A DNA stretch of 63,894 bases, filler included, from Octopus bimaculoides (Eukaryota), in the NCBI RefSeq assembly GCF_001194135.2. It is 6 parts of 6 records of this genome, joined end to end, with 100 filler letters (N's around TTAATTAATTAA, not from the genome) between each part and the next. Parts side by side here need not be neighbours in the genome. Positions count along the whole stretch, not along the records: positions 38,972 to 56,752 come from NC_068994.1; positions 56,853 to 59,117 come from NW_026439171.1; positions 59,218 to 61,712 come from NC_068996.1; 3 more parts are not named here. One strand, given 5' to 3'. Of this stretch, positions 48,529 to 60,127 are shown piece after piece. Position numbers and translations under genes: made by a program. A model generated the notes under the pieces. It did not search any database, was not told the origin of the DNA, and worked only from the letters and a program-made list of their open reading frames with translations. Every line of letters starts with the position of its first letter. The stretch's first letter is position 1.

Positions 48529-48636
48529 CTAATCCTCACTCTTCATTTCCTCTGCAGCACCACCACCACCACTACCACTACCACCCTGACCAGCTGCAGT
48601 AGCAGCAGCACCACCTATCAATTTGTCTGAAGCCCT
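48529..48636 (-). CDS. Candidate terminal coding exon, RASDKLIGGAAATAAGQGGSGSGGGGAAEEMKSED* (gene unidentified)
   Basis: Follows a long T-rich tract and ctcttag| on the minus strand; open for 35 codons; followed by unique UTR-like sequence. Could equally be a (GGT/GCT)n-derived repeat. Confidence 0.25.
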   Translation of the reverse strand, partial: RASDKLIGGAAATAAGQGGSGSGGGGAAEEMKSED

Positions 48637-48898
48637 CTAAGAGATGATGTTTACTTCATCATCACAGTCAATAAATATCAGTGAAATATAACAAATATAA
48701 AATAAAATGAAAGAAAAACAAAAAAGCAATAACAACAAAGCTAAAGACCTTTCTTCAGTTCATATTATGAAAATCCTTTTGGGCTGTGTTCCTTAATCTC
48801 TCTCATAGTTCTTTCAGAGAGGAAATGAGTTGGTAGAAACTAACAGGGTAGTCTGGAAATACCTTCTTGTATTTAGTCCGTCTTAGTACAGTGATGGT

Positions 48899-49285
48899 GG
48901 AGGCGCAATGGCCCAATGGTTAGGGCAGCGGACTCGTGGTCATAGGATTGCGGTTTCGATTCCCAGACCGGGCGTTGTGAGTGTTTATTGAGCGAAAACA
49001 CCTAAAGCTCCACGAGGCTCCGGCAGGGGATGGTGGCGAACCCTGCTGTACTCTTCCACCACAACTTTCTCTCACTCTTACTTCCTGTTTCTGTTGTGCC
49101 TGTGATTGAAAGGGTCAGCCTTGTCACACTGTGTCACGCAGAATATCACCGAGAACTACGTTAAGGGTACACGTGTCTGTGGAGTGCTCAGTCACTTGCA
49201 CGTTAATTTCACGAGCAGGCTGTTCCGTTGATCGGATCAACTGGAACCCTCGTCGTCATAAGCGACGGAGTGCCAACAACAACAA
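48899..49285 (+). mobile_element. SINE family C, full length
   Basis: Near-identical to the 28243 copy; ends agcgacggagtgc(caa)n. Confidence 0.9.
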
Positions 49286-50359
49286 GTACAGTGATTGTTA
49301 ACCATTTTTTACCTATAGACCCCTTTATTCCTATTTTATTGAGGCCGACCCTCAATCATTTAATCATTCCTGAGTGTTGTACATCCTGTGCCCAACATTT
49401 CCTGGTGACATACACGTTGAAATACCTAGATTCTAATGAATAATCCTGCTACTGAACATGTATGTATATATGTACGTCTATGTATGTGTGAATGTGTGTG
49501 TGTGCGTGTATATTTATACATGTGTATGTGTTTGTGTGTGTACATATATATATGTGTGTATGTGTGTATATGCGTGTACATGTGTGTGTGTGTGTACATA
49601 TATGTGTGTGTGTACGTATAAATATATGTGTCTGTATGTATGTACACACACACACACACACACAGTCACATAGAACTTATTAGTGAGCTAGAATTATTCC
49701 CTGGGGTAGTTCAGCTAAAATTGAAAGAAAATAACAAAAGGAAGATAACAATAGAAGGTTCATGCAGTTCAGAAAACCAATGGTTTTTGGCCATAATTAG
49801 TTGTTTATTGTTGGTTGATTTCTCTACAAATCACGTGATCTTTCAGCCACAATCTAATTGGTTCATATCTTTAAAAATCTCCAGATTTTCTTTTATTCAA
49901 ATTTGCATGTTTGTATATTTGTATATTTGCATTGAAATTATTAACTGCTAAATACTGCCTTATATTTTAATGTGTGGGGGGCTTGTGTTTGTGTACATGT
50001 GTATGCATGCATGTCCATTGGGACAGTGAGGTCCATTTAGTCATCCTGGACTTGGATTTGGGGTTAGGGTTGAGCTTTGTAGGTACATTGGTAACTGATC
50101 AGGCCAAATCATACCTGGTAGGTTCTGTAAAAGGTTGATAGTTGCAATAGAGACATTAGTCTCTCTCTATCACCTTTTAACAAAATTATATATTAAGGAA
50201 ACAGTAGAACAATTAACAACATAATAAAAATAAGTTTTATTTTTGGTGATGCTTGGTTTTACAAATCCTGTGTCATTTAGCCTAGCAGCCGCTGGTTAAC
50301 TTGTGATCAGCATTGGAAGGTTAAAAACTTCCTTGATGCATCTGAAAGGAGCTAGTTGT

Positions 50360-50537
50360 TGTTACATCGAAGGCATCGCGCTAAAAAGGTTAGAAAGCAC
50401 GCGAAGCGCTTTAAGTACTGGTTTTACTACGCATGCGCACTCGAGGGGCTTCCGGGAAGGCAAGTCCCTTGCGCATGCATAGATTGTACTTCTTTAATGG
50501 CGGCCATAATTTCGCGCCACTACAGTTCTCTGGCAGT
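50360..50537. promoter_or_regulatory. Candidate CpG-rich housekeeping or bidirectional promoter
   Basis: Local CpG cluster with ACTACGCATGCGCA (50426-50439), CTTCCGGGAAG (50449-50459), TGCGCATGCA (50470-50479), AATGGCGGCCAT (50496-50507) and ACTACAGTTCTC (50519-50530). Confidence 0.6.
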
Positions 50538-51377
50538 NNNNNNNNNNNNNNNNNNNNNNNNNNNNNNNNNNNNNNNNNNNNNNNNNNNNNNNNNNNNNNN
50601 NNNNNNNNNNNNNNNNNNNNNNNNNNNNNNNNNNNNNNNNNNNNNNNNNNNNNNNNNNNNNNNNNNNNNNNNNNNNNNNNNNNNNNNNNNNNNNNNNNNN
50701 NNNNNNNNNNNNNNNNNNNNNNNNNNNNNNNNNNNNNNNNNNNNNNNNNNNNNNNNNNNNNNNNNNNNNNNNNNNNNNNNNNNNNNNNNNNNNNNNNNNN
50801 NNNNNNNNNNNNNNNNNNNNNNNNNNNNNNNNNNNNNNNNNNNNNNNNNNNNNNNNNNNNNNNNNNNNNNNNNNNNNNNNNNNNNNNNNNNNNNNNNNNN
50901 NNNNNNNNNNNNNNNNNNNNNNNNNNNNNNNNNNNNNNNNNNNNNNNNNNNNNNNNNNNNNNNNNNNNNNNNNNNNNNNNNNNNNNNNNNNNNNNNNNNN
51001 NNNNNNNNNNNNNNNNNNNNNNNNNNNNNNNNNNNNNNNNNNNNNNNNNNNNNNNNNNNNNNNTTTTTTTTTTTTTTTTTTGTTAGTTCCTTTAATGTTT
51101 TATTTCTTAATCTTAATGTCGGCAGAAATAAACAAAAGCTCTAAAATTACACACACATATATATATATATACATACATCATATACATATATACATCCACA
51201 CACACACACACATATATGTATTATATACATACACACACTACACACATGCATGAATGCTCACACATACATACTGCGTGTGGTTTGAGAATGTGTTTGTGTA
51301 TGTATACAGACATCAGCATACATATATATGAACACACACACATATATATATACACACATACATCGTGTATCTGGTAA

Positions 51378-51448
<71 letters not shown>

Positions 51449-52075
51449 CACAAAAAATCACACACACACAGAGTTCGTTTAAAAGATATATAAAGTTAGT
51501 GAATCACATCTTGGTATTTATTTTTAATTTTCCTTTGTGCTCACTCTCTCAGGCTTCTCTTTCTCTCTCTCTCTCTCATTCTCATTCTCACTCCTCTTCC
51601 TCACACGCATACCCTCTCATCCGTTAATAATTCTGTTTAAAAATCAATACAAGGACAGTCTTGTAAAATAAACACTTAGGATGAAACAAGACTGATTGGT
51701 GGCTGCGTTGATGGTGTATGAGATGATGTTGGCAGTGGTGGTCGGTGTTTGTAGTCAAGGTTGTTGTTGTAGCAGTGTTTCTAATCTTCTGGTAGTAAGT
51801 GGTGCTGATGGTAATGACAAACGTAGTGTTGTTGCTATGGTGGGACGCTCCAACAATGACCATCCCATCTATTCTAATTATTCCAATGTTTCTATAACAG
51901 TAGCCTGCGATTTGAGTGACATTTGGCTGTTATTTCTAACAATTCGGTTGACTACCTAAAGGCTTCTTTGACTGAGGTAACTGTATAAAAGGCCTCAGAG
52001 TTCAATTCTTCTCTCTATGGGCTTCAATTAAGGCTTTTTCTCTCATAGTCTCAATCACCATCATTCATCATCATC

Positions 52076-52107
<32 letters not shown>

Positions 52108-53213
52108 CATTGTCATTGTTACAGCCATCATTTCTACTAGAATTACTATTCTGTCAGTGACAGCAATTCATCATTATCATACCATCAGCACCACCACCAC
52201 CACCACCACCACCCCTATGGCTACCATCATCACCACGACCATACTAACACTGCTATTATCATCATCTTCTCCTCCATCGTTACTATCAGCATCACTGTCA
52301 CCACTATAAACGCTATACTATTAACCATCATCATCATCATCATCACCTCTACCTTTACCTTTTTACATCTGTCGTCGCTGCCATCGCTACTTCCATTATA
52401 CCATTAGTGTCACTTAGCCTTCACCACCACCATTACCATTATCAATTATCATAACCACCATCAATAGCCTTCCCTATCACCCACTTTAGAAAAGGGATGG
52501 ATAAGCTGTGACGACCATCACAGATGGAGTCATCCCTCTCCAACAGCACACATCATTACAACTCTAGTTATATATATATATATGTATATGCACCACGATG
52601 TATGTGTATGCATTGTGTATATCATTGAACTATGCATATGATATATATAAATATATATATATATAGTTTCTCCTTCTCTCACTCATTCACTCACTCTGTA
52701 TAAGTGGCTCCCTCTGTGAAAATTCATTTATGCAGGTGAAACACTCTTCAAATCTAGTAGCTCATAAACTTAGCATATTTTCTCATTTCTCCCAGGGGTG
52801 CTGATCTGACATATGTCAGTCCCAGCTAAGTGAATAATTATTTATTATCTCTTTATGCCACTTTTATTTTTGCATTTGAAGCCTCGCCTCGAAATGCAAA
52901 TTACGTCCAAGATTGAATGACCAGCCACATCAACGCTGGCTCTACATTCCTGCCGCCACTCTTTCTTTCCCATCACAAGTGTGACCCCTTCTTCCACTTT
53001 CATCTCGACAAATATGATCAATCCTCACCCATTATTACTCAAATTCTGAGCACACCTTGCCAGTCTAAGCTTCCCACTCCGTGTTTAGGAATCCATAAAC
53101 TCCAAACAAACCCACCAGCCTGTCATCATCTTCTCTTCTTTCCTACCATCAAATTGAGAGCTCTTTTAGCAGTAATACAGAGAGATGTGACTCCAAGCTC
53201 CAGTGATGTAGAG

Positions 53214-53404
53214 CAGTGCTCTGCAACCTTTTTTTTTTAATTTGTGGTACACTTGTATTCTTTCCAAAATTTGGTGGCACACCTGAACTAAAAATATAGC
53301 TAAAAGTATAGGGGGGAAAAATTACATTCAGGTTACACTACAACACACCTAGCATCATCTCGTGGGACACCAGTGTGCCATGGCATACCGGTTGCAGAGC
53401 ACTG
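53214..53404. mobile_element. hAT-superfamily MITE (191 bp)
   Basis: Perfect 15-bp TIRs (CAGTGCTCTGCAACC/GGTTGCAGAGCACTG) and a perfect 8-bp TSD ATGTAGAG (53206-53213 and 53405-53412). Confidence 0.92.
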
Positions 53405-53989
53405 ATGTAGAGAACATTTAGTCTGAATGATGTGTTATAAAGGGAAGACATGGTCTCTGCTAGTTGCTGTGATGGCAACCTCTCTTAGAAAGCAGAAATT
53501 TGAATAAAAAATTGTATGGAACAGACATGAGCTCTGCAAGCCACAGTGAAGACAACTCATCTAGGAGACCAGGAGCCTTGTGTAAAAACTTGAATAGTTT
53601 GAAGGGGAGCAGTTTAGTGCTGATGTACAACTCCTGTGTTGGTATCATAGTTTAAATACATTTACTTCATGTTGGAAAGTGGTTGGTGATAGGAAGACGA
53701 TCCAACCACTAAAATCATGCCAAATGCAATGAGGAATTGGAGTTGTACTTATACAGTTCTAACACAAAGAACATGTTATTATTTGGCTTGGTAGATGGTT
53801 CGTCTGGTCATCAATCAATCAATCAACCGTCAATGTAGTTGAAAATTCAATTTCAATCAGTCAGAATTCACAGTATGGAATACACTGTTCATCCTTTTGA
53901 TTGCTGAATACAAAAACATTGCTTGCAAGACCTCCTGTTTGGGTCGTTTGTCTGAGTCACCGTCTCATTTTTGTATGTCACTCTGTCAC

Positions 53990-54141
53990 AAAGTTACCCA
54001 TTTACATCTGAATGGACTGGGGCAATGTGAAGTGAAATGAAGTATTTTACTGAAGAATACAACACACAGCAGGTCTGAGAATCGAAACCCTGATCTTGCA
54101 ATCTTGAGTGCAAAACTCTAACCACTGGGCCACATGCTTTC
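53990..54141 (-). mobile_element. CORE-type SINE (head plus core)
   Basis: Minus strand gaaagcatgtggcccagtggttagag...ggtttcgattctcagacc...tgttgtattcttcagtaaaatac...gccccagtccattcagatgtaaatgggtaac. Confidence 0.75.
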
Positions 54142-54189
54142 TGGTAGGAAACATCAGTCCATAACTGAGAACCTCAAGAGATCACATTA

Positions 54190-55140
54190 GCTTGAAGAGA
54201 AGTTAGTCATCAAGCATATATAAAACGGAGGGAAATTGAAAGAGAGTTGCCAATTTGCCAATGTTCTGTGATAAGAGTTTTAGAGGTTTGTAGTGTTCCA
54301 TGTTGCAAAATATATCAGTGCGAATCAAGATGGCATTTGAGAAAAATGTGTACCGAATAATAGCAGCACTCTTGAAGATACTTGAAAATGTTACTTTGAG
54401 ATGTTAATGAATGAGCAGAATGCAAAAAGAGAAAGAGTACCCCCAACTAGATTCAACAGAGCTGGTGGAGTTGACAGTTATATATTGAAAGAACAATAAA
54501 GAATATGAAGACAAAAACAAAAAAATCTGGATTGTTAGGAGTTGCTAAGATACTGGAAATATTGGCAAAGTAGTATAATCAGTTACAAGTGCAAAGGAGA
54601 TGCTGGAAAGAAGCAATTATGGAGGTATCAAACTGATGGAGGAAGTTATGAAAGTCACAAAAGGGATTACAGAAGAATTGACTACAAGGAGAATTATTTT
54701 GTGTGAGATGAAGTTTGGGTTTTGTACCACTTTGGGATCCCACATCCTACTGATACCCGCTTCCTAGTGAAGCAACCGAGAAGTTATTTTTTTGCAAAAA
54801 CACAAGCCACTGTATTTGTACGAGACTGAAGACTTTTGGCAGAGTACCATACACTGTTGTCTGGTGATCACCGAGACAACTAGGTGAAGATAAATGGCTT
54901 TTGTGAGAACTTGGTAATAAATCCACAAAGAATTTAGCTTGCAGCCAAGCATCTGTTAGAGTTCTGTTTTCAGCCCCTCCTGTCTATTATAGTTCTAGAT
55001 TATAATAGAGTGTAAGACCAGCTATCTGTGGGAACTCCTGTTTGCTGGTGACTTAGTTCTTCTAGCAGAATATAGAAACAGAGCTTAGAATTAAGAGGCC
55101 TCAAAGTAAACCTAGCAAAGGTCTTAGCAGCAAAGTCAAG
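54190..55140 (+). mobile_element. RTE-clade LINE reverse transcriptase relic
   Basis: FANVL; YKCKGDA/ERSNYGGIKLMEEVMKVT; EMKFGF; KPLYL; FGRVP; FSPLLSIIVL; WELLFAGDLVLLAE (YADD equivalent, about 55041); RGLKVNLAK. Many frameshifts. Confidence 0.88.
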
Positions 55141-55177
55141 ATACTACACACACGCACGCACACACACACACACACAG

Positions 55178-55310
55178 AGTTTTGTACTGTTTCCTTCCAC
55201 CAAATTTACTCAGAAAGCATTGACCCCAGTACTAGAGTAGAAAATACATTTTCAAGGTCTGTGCAGTGGGACTGAACCTAAAACCACGTTGTTAAAAAGC
55301 AAGCTGTTTA
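55178..55310 (-). mobile_element. SINE family B head, decayed
   Basis: ctgtttccttccaccaaatttactcagaaagc...gtagaaaatac...tgcagtgggactgaacc. Confidence 0.65.
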
Positions 55311-56539
55311 ATTTCACTCTATGCCTATATATACATACATTCATACATGTGTGTGTGTGTGCCTATATGCATATGTATGAATCTAGATATATATGCACAT
55401 GTGTGAATGTGGATATATATACATATATATGTTATGTACATGTGTATCGTGTATGGTGCACATATATGCATACAATACAGATACACTTGTATATAAGTAT
55501 ATATATCTTAATATATAAAGCTGAAGTTGTGTGTCTGTGTGAAGCCTTTTTAAAAGTTTATAGAAATCCACATTTTCCACTTTTTCGTTAAAATTTTTAC
55601 ATCAATGGAATTTTCTCGATCTGAACTTTCCAGTGCAGTAATTAGATTTTTAAAATTCCGTTTACTTTGTGTGATTTAAGGGAGATTTGGCTGTTGTTTC
55701 TAGCAACTTTTATATTTCTTCCCTTCTACCTGGGACAGCGTTCTTACACACGTGCTCAACAGAGAAAGTGATACATACAACGTCATAGATTAAACTTTCT
55801 TCTCAGTATTCTTTACCTATTTTTCATAACATTGATACGTAAAAACACACACGACCACGCATACGTAATCTGTGACANNNNNNNNNNNNNNNNNNNNNNN
55901 NNNNNNNNNNNNNNNNNNNNNNNNNNNNNNNNNNNNNNNNNNNNNNNNNNNNNNNNNNNNNNNNNNNNNNNNNNNNNNNNNNNNNNNNNNNNNNNNNNNN
56001 NNNNNNNNNNNNNNNNNNNNNNNNNNNNNNNNNNNNNNNNNNNNNNNNNNNNNNNNNNNNNNNNNNNNNNNNNNNNNNNNNNNNNNNNNNNNNNNNNNNN
56101 NNNNNNNNNNNNNNNNNNNNNNNNNNNNNNNNNNNNNNNNNNNNNNNNNNNNNNNNNNNNNNNNNNNNNNNNNNNNNNNNNNNNNNNNNNNNNNNNNNNN
56201 NNNNNNNNNNNNNNNNNNNNNNNNNNNNNNNNNNNNNNNNNNNNNNNNNNNNNNNNNNNNNNNNNNNNNNNNNNNNNNNNNNNNNNNNNNNNNNNNNNNN
56301 NNNNNNNNNNNNNNNNNNNNNNNNNNNNNNNNNNNNNNNNNNNNNNNNNNNNNNNNNNNNNNNNNNNGTGTTCCCCACTCAGTGGTGTTTCGGAGCAAGT
56401 CGTCCATATTTGTTTAATTTTTCTCTATTATGTGCCTAAGTGCATCCATAGATTTCTAATGAAGTAATAGGCAGTGAAGAGAAGCCGTCATAAGAAAACT
56501 TTTAACTACCTCTAGCCCTTTCTTCCCCCTCTCCCTACC

Positions 56540-56652
56540 TAGGGTTTTAGGGTCAGGGTTAGGGTTTAGGGTTACGGTTAGGATTAGTGTTACGGTTTTA
56601 GGGTCAGGGTTAGGGTTTAGAGTTAATGTTAGGATTAGGATTAGGGTTGGGT
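56540..56652 (+). repeat. Degenerate telomere-like (TTAGGG)n tract with a 51-bp higher-order duplication
   Basis: ggttttagggtcagggttagggtttag occurs at 56543 and 56594; variants include TTAGGG, TCAGGG, TTACGG and TTAGGA. Confidence 0.85.
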
Positions 56653-56752
56653 AATCGTGCGGGTGTTAATCTGAAAAATTACAGATATGTGAAAAGTACC
56701 GACCCTGCCATCTATTATAACTTTTGTTGTTCTGTTTAATATATATACATAG

Positions 56753-56852
56753 NNNNNNNNNNNNNNNNNNNNNNNNNNNNNNNNNNNNNNNNNNNNTTAA
56801 TTAATTAANNNNNNNNNNNNNNNNNNNNNNNNNNNNNNNNNNNNNNNNNNNN
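56753..56852. other. Artificial scaffold-joining spacer
   Basis: TTAATTAATTAA at 56797-56808 with 44 N each side. Confidence 0.95.
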
Positions 56853-58058
56853 CGTTATAAAAATAAAACTACTGAATAATAATAATAATAATAATAACAG
56901 CACCAACAAAAACAACAGAAAGGAATGTAATAAAAATCGATCAACATTGATCTGGCTAACTCACATATGAACAAGTAGCTACCATTTAAGAATAAACAAA
57001 TGCAATAGGGGCCGCTTGGAAAATTTTCTGTTTACGGCAACAAACTCCATGAATATCGACAAAGTAAATGAGCAAAAGCAATAGTTGTGTCGAAGGACAT
57101 CGAATTTTTTCACACTATTTCGTGCGTGTGCGCGCGCACGTGTGTTTCTTTTTCTCTTTCTGTACCAAATACCTTCTTTCCTATTTCTCTTAGTAAGGAG
57201 AGAACGCTTTTTTCTTCAATTCTGTGCAATATTTTCTTCAACTTTTGTTTGACAGTTTTGATTCTAGTAAAAATAACTTTAAAAAAGAAACAAAAATACG
57301 GAGGATCTCTCTTTACTTAGTGGAATGGAAAAGAGGGTATTCAGCATAAACAATGCTAAATAACTAGAAAACAATAAATATAATGTATGTGTGGATAGGT
57401 ACATAGGGTATATGAACAGACAACCACATAGGCAAATAGAGACTGAAACACATGACCACATATACACACACATTTATCCACACATATGATGTGCACCCAT
57501 ACATGCAAACATGGTGCATAGCAGCAAAGCACACACACACTCTCAGACATGCACACACAAGGAGACAGAGGTACATAATACATATACACACACGCACACA
57601 CATACCTAAAAAACACACATACATACACACACAAATGCAGAATACATACATAAATACATGCAAGAACACACATGCATATATACATACACACATACATACA
57701 TATATACATATGCACACACAGACATACATACACACACATGCACACATACATGCATACATACATACACATACACTGAGACACACGCATGCGCAAAAAGAAA
57801 AAAGAAAAGCAAAAAAAGAACGCAACGTGAATAACGGACAGAGTCAAGACTATTGAAAAGGTTGCAAGACGCAACGAAAATTTTAGGAAAATAAAAATAA
57901 TAAGTGGAAATTTTAACGGTGGGTGTGTTAAATTTTAAGGCACGAAAAGATGACTCTCCCCAGATACAACAGAATAAATATAATATTAATAAAAAGCGAT
58001 GACATTCTGGAATCAAAGAAGGCTTAAGAATCATTTATCACGCTCACTATGAGTGATA

Positions 58059-58099
<41 letters not shown>

Positions 58100-58591
58100 A
58101 ATAGAGGGGTATTGTAATCTAATGCCAAAATATTCTACAGTGATTTTCACAAAGAAAGCTCATACAGTTCTCTCTCCACAATATCCAGCAGACACACACT
58201 ATACATTTATCTGCCAATAAAAATATCACACCTCACAGGACACATACCATACACAATCAACATATAGTAATAGAGCACAATCCCTTTCAATTAATATAAT
58301 CAGACCACTGATACAACCACTGCCTACTAACATAACACAACACACGATCATACATAATCCATTTTTGTAACATTAAAGCACATAAAGTAGCTCACGCGAC
58401 ACATTCGAAACTCAAACATTATCCAAGAAAACAACGGAACTCACACTGTACATAACCCTACACAACAAACAACCGTAACACCACAAAAGCAATAATAAAT
58501 CAACCAAATCCCGATAACTAAGCAAAACTACCGAAGCATTCAAACACATTTCTGCAACCAACAAGGACAATGCAGCACAATATCTCAGAAA

Positions 58592-58818
58592 TATCCGGTG
58601 GGGGTGGGGTTGAAAAGTTTCTGGCTTTAAGGGTATCGCGAAAGGCCTGACTAGTGGTTCAAACTTCCGAGTTCTTTCACAGGACTCAGAATAACTGATG
58701 GACCGCTGCAATAAGTGTGTGAATCTGAGAGAGGAATACGTTGAATAAAATCATACTTAACGGACCCTCCTCTATTTTCTTTTACCCAAAGCCAGGAACT
58801 TTTCAGTATCCCCTCGTA
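58592..58818 (+). mobile_element. Non-autonomous mariner-type MITE
   Basis: Left ...gaaaagtttctggcttt and right aaagccaggaacttttcagtatcccctcg|TA; internal DRCNKCVNLREEYVE* is a mariner C-terminal remnant. Confidence 0.8.
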
Positions 58819-59117
58819 GTTTCACGTAGCAGTGTGGTGGAAACTAGCAAGAAATTATTGGCAACGTGCTAGTAGTAGCTTCCAATGATATCAGGAGTTT
58901 TCACTGATGTAAGAGTCTGAATGAACGTAGGCCAGATTCAAAGCTCCAGAAAGACTTCAACAATAATAATAGCGAAATCATTTATCATCTTGAAACGGGG
59001 TAAATATATTCAAAGCATCTACTTACGAAGTGAAGAGGAAACTTTCTGTTATATGGACTGTTGGATTTGTTATTCGTCTGACGTTCCGTGTGTCATGTGG
59101 TTCGTCTGAGTTCATTG

Positions 59118-59217
59118 NNNNNNNNNNNNNNNNNNNNNNNNNNNNNNNNNNNNNNNNNNNNTTAATTAATTAANNNNNNNNNNNNNNNNNNNNNNNNNNN
59201 NNNNNNNNNNNNNNNNN
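59118..59217. other. Artificial scaffold-joining spacer
   Basis: TTAATTAATTAA at 59162-59173 with 44 N each side. Confidence 0.95.
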
Positions 59218-59231
59218 CAGAGGCTTTAATA

Positions 59232-59499
59232 GAATTACGAGATCCTGCGGGATATCCCCATTAGAACTGAACATGGTATCTAAGCAAGAAGACCAGACAT
59301 GATGATGGATTACAAAAATCAGCAAACAGTGTATGATCATAGATTTTGCAATTCCCTATTGACACAGCAGAGGCTTTTGATAGCGAAGAAATTAAAGAAC
59401 ATTGAGAAATATTAGGATCTAGTTTGTGGAGTGCTGTTGAAGACCAAGACAATTATTTCTCTAGTAATGGGTGCACTTGGCACAACATTCAAAATGCTA
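59232..59499 (+). mobile_element. R4/Dong-like non-LTR retrotransposon, restriction-like endonuclease (RLE) relic
   Basis: EILRDIPIRTEHGI*ARRPDMM.../KQCMIIDFAIPY.../KNIEKY*DL...IISLVMGALGTT matches the RPD...D..P...K..KY..L...GALG motif chain. Confidence 0.82.
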
Positions 59500-60127
59500 N
59501 NNNNNNNNNNNNNNNNNNNNNNNNNNNNNNNNNNNNNNNNNNNNNNNNNNNNNNNNNNNNNNNNNNNNNNNNNNNNNNNNNNNNNNNNNNNNNNNNNNNN
59601 NNNNNNNNNNNNNNNNNNNNNNNNNNNNNNNNNNNNNNNNNNNNNNNNNNNNNNNNNNNNNNNNNNNNNNNNNNNNNNNNNNNNNNNNNNNNNNNNNNNN
59701 NNNNNNNNNNNNNNNNNNNNNNNNNNNNNNNNNNNNNNNNNNNNNNNNNNNNNNNNNNNNNNNNNNNNNNNNNNNNNNNNNNNNNNNNNNNNNNNNNNNN
59801 NNNNNNNNNNNNNNNNNNNNNNNNNNNNNNNNNNNNNNNNNNNNNNNNNNNNNNNNNNNNNNNNNNNNNNNNNNNNNNNNNNNNNNNNNNNNNNNNNNNN
59901 NNNNNNNNNNNNNNNNNNNNNNNNNNNNNNNNNNNNNNNNNNNNNNNNNNNNNNNNNNNNNNNNNNNNNNNNNNNNNNNNNNNNNNNNNNNNNNNNNNNN
60001 NNNNNNNNNNNNNNNNNNNNNNNNNNNNNNNNNNNNNNNNNNNNNNNNNNNNNNNNNNNNNNNNNNNNNNNNNNNNNNNNNNNNNNNNNNNNNNNNNNNN
60101 NNNNNNNNNNNNNNNNNNNNNNNNNNN

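Noticed and set aside
48372-48602. Plus-strand ORF ending in poly-His/Gln, with a TAG that RNA editing might recode
   Set aside because: Read-through would add only about 14 codons, and the tract is the antisense of a (GGT/GCT)n-like stretch; no support.
52736-52830. Plus-strand 60-nt intron and short terminal exon (GADLTYVSPS*)
   Set aside because: Good acceptor, but the upstream frame is closed and the peptide is unrecognisable; chance signal likely.
58130-58590. A/C-rich strand-biased block as a LINE ORF
   Set aside because: Composition is suggestive, but no recognisable EN, RT or RNase H motif.
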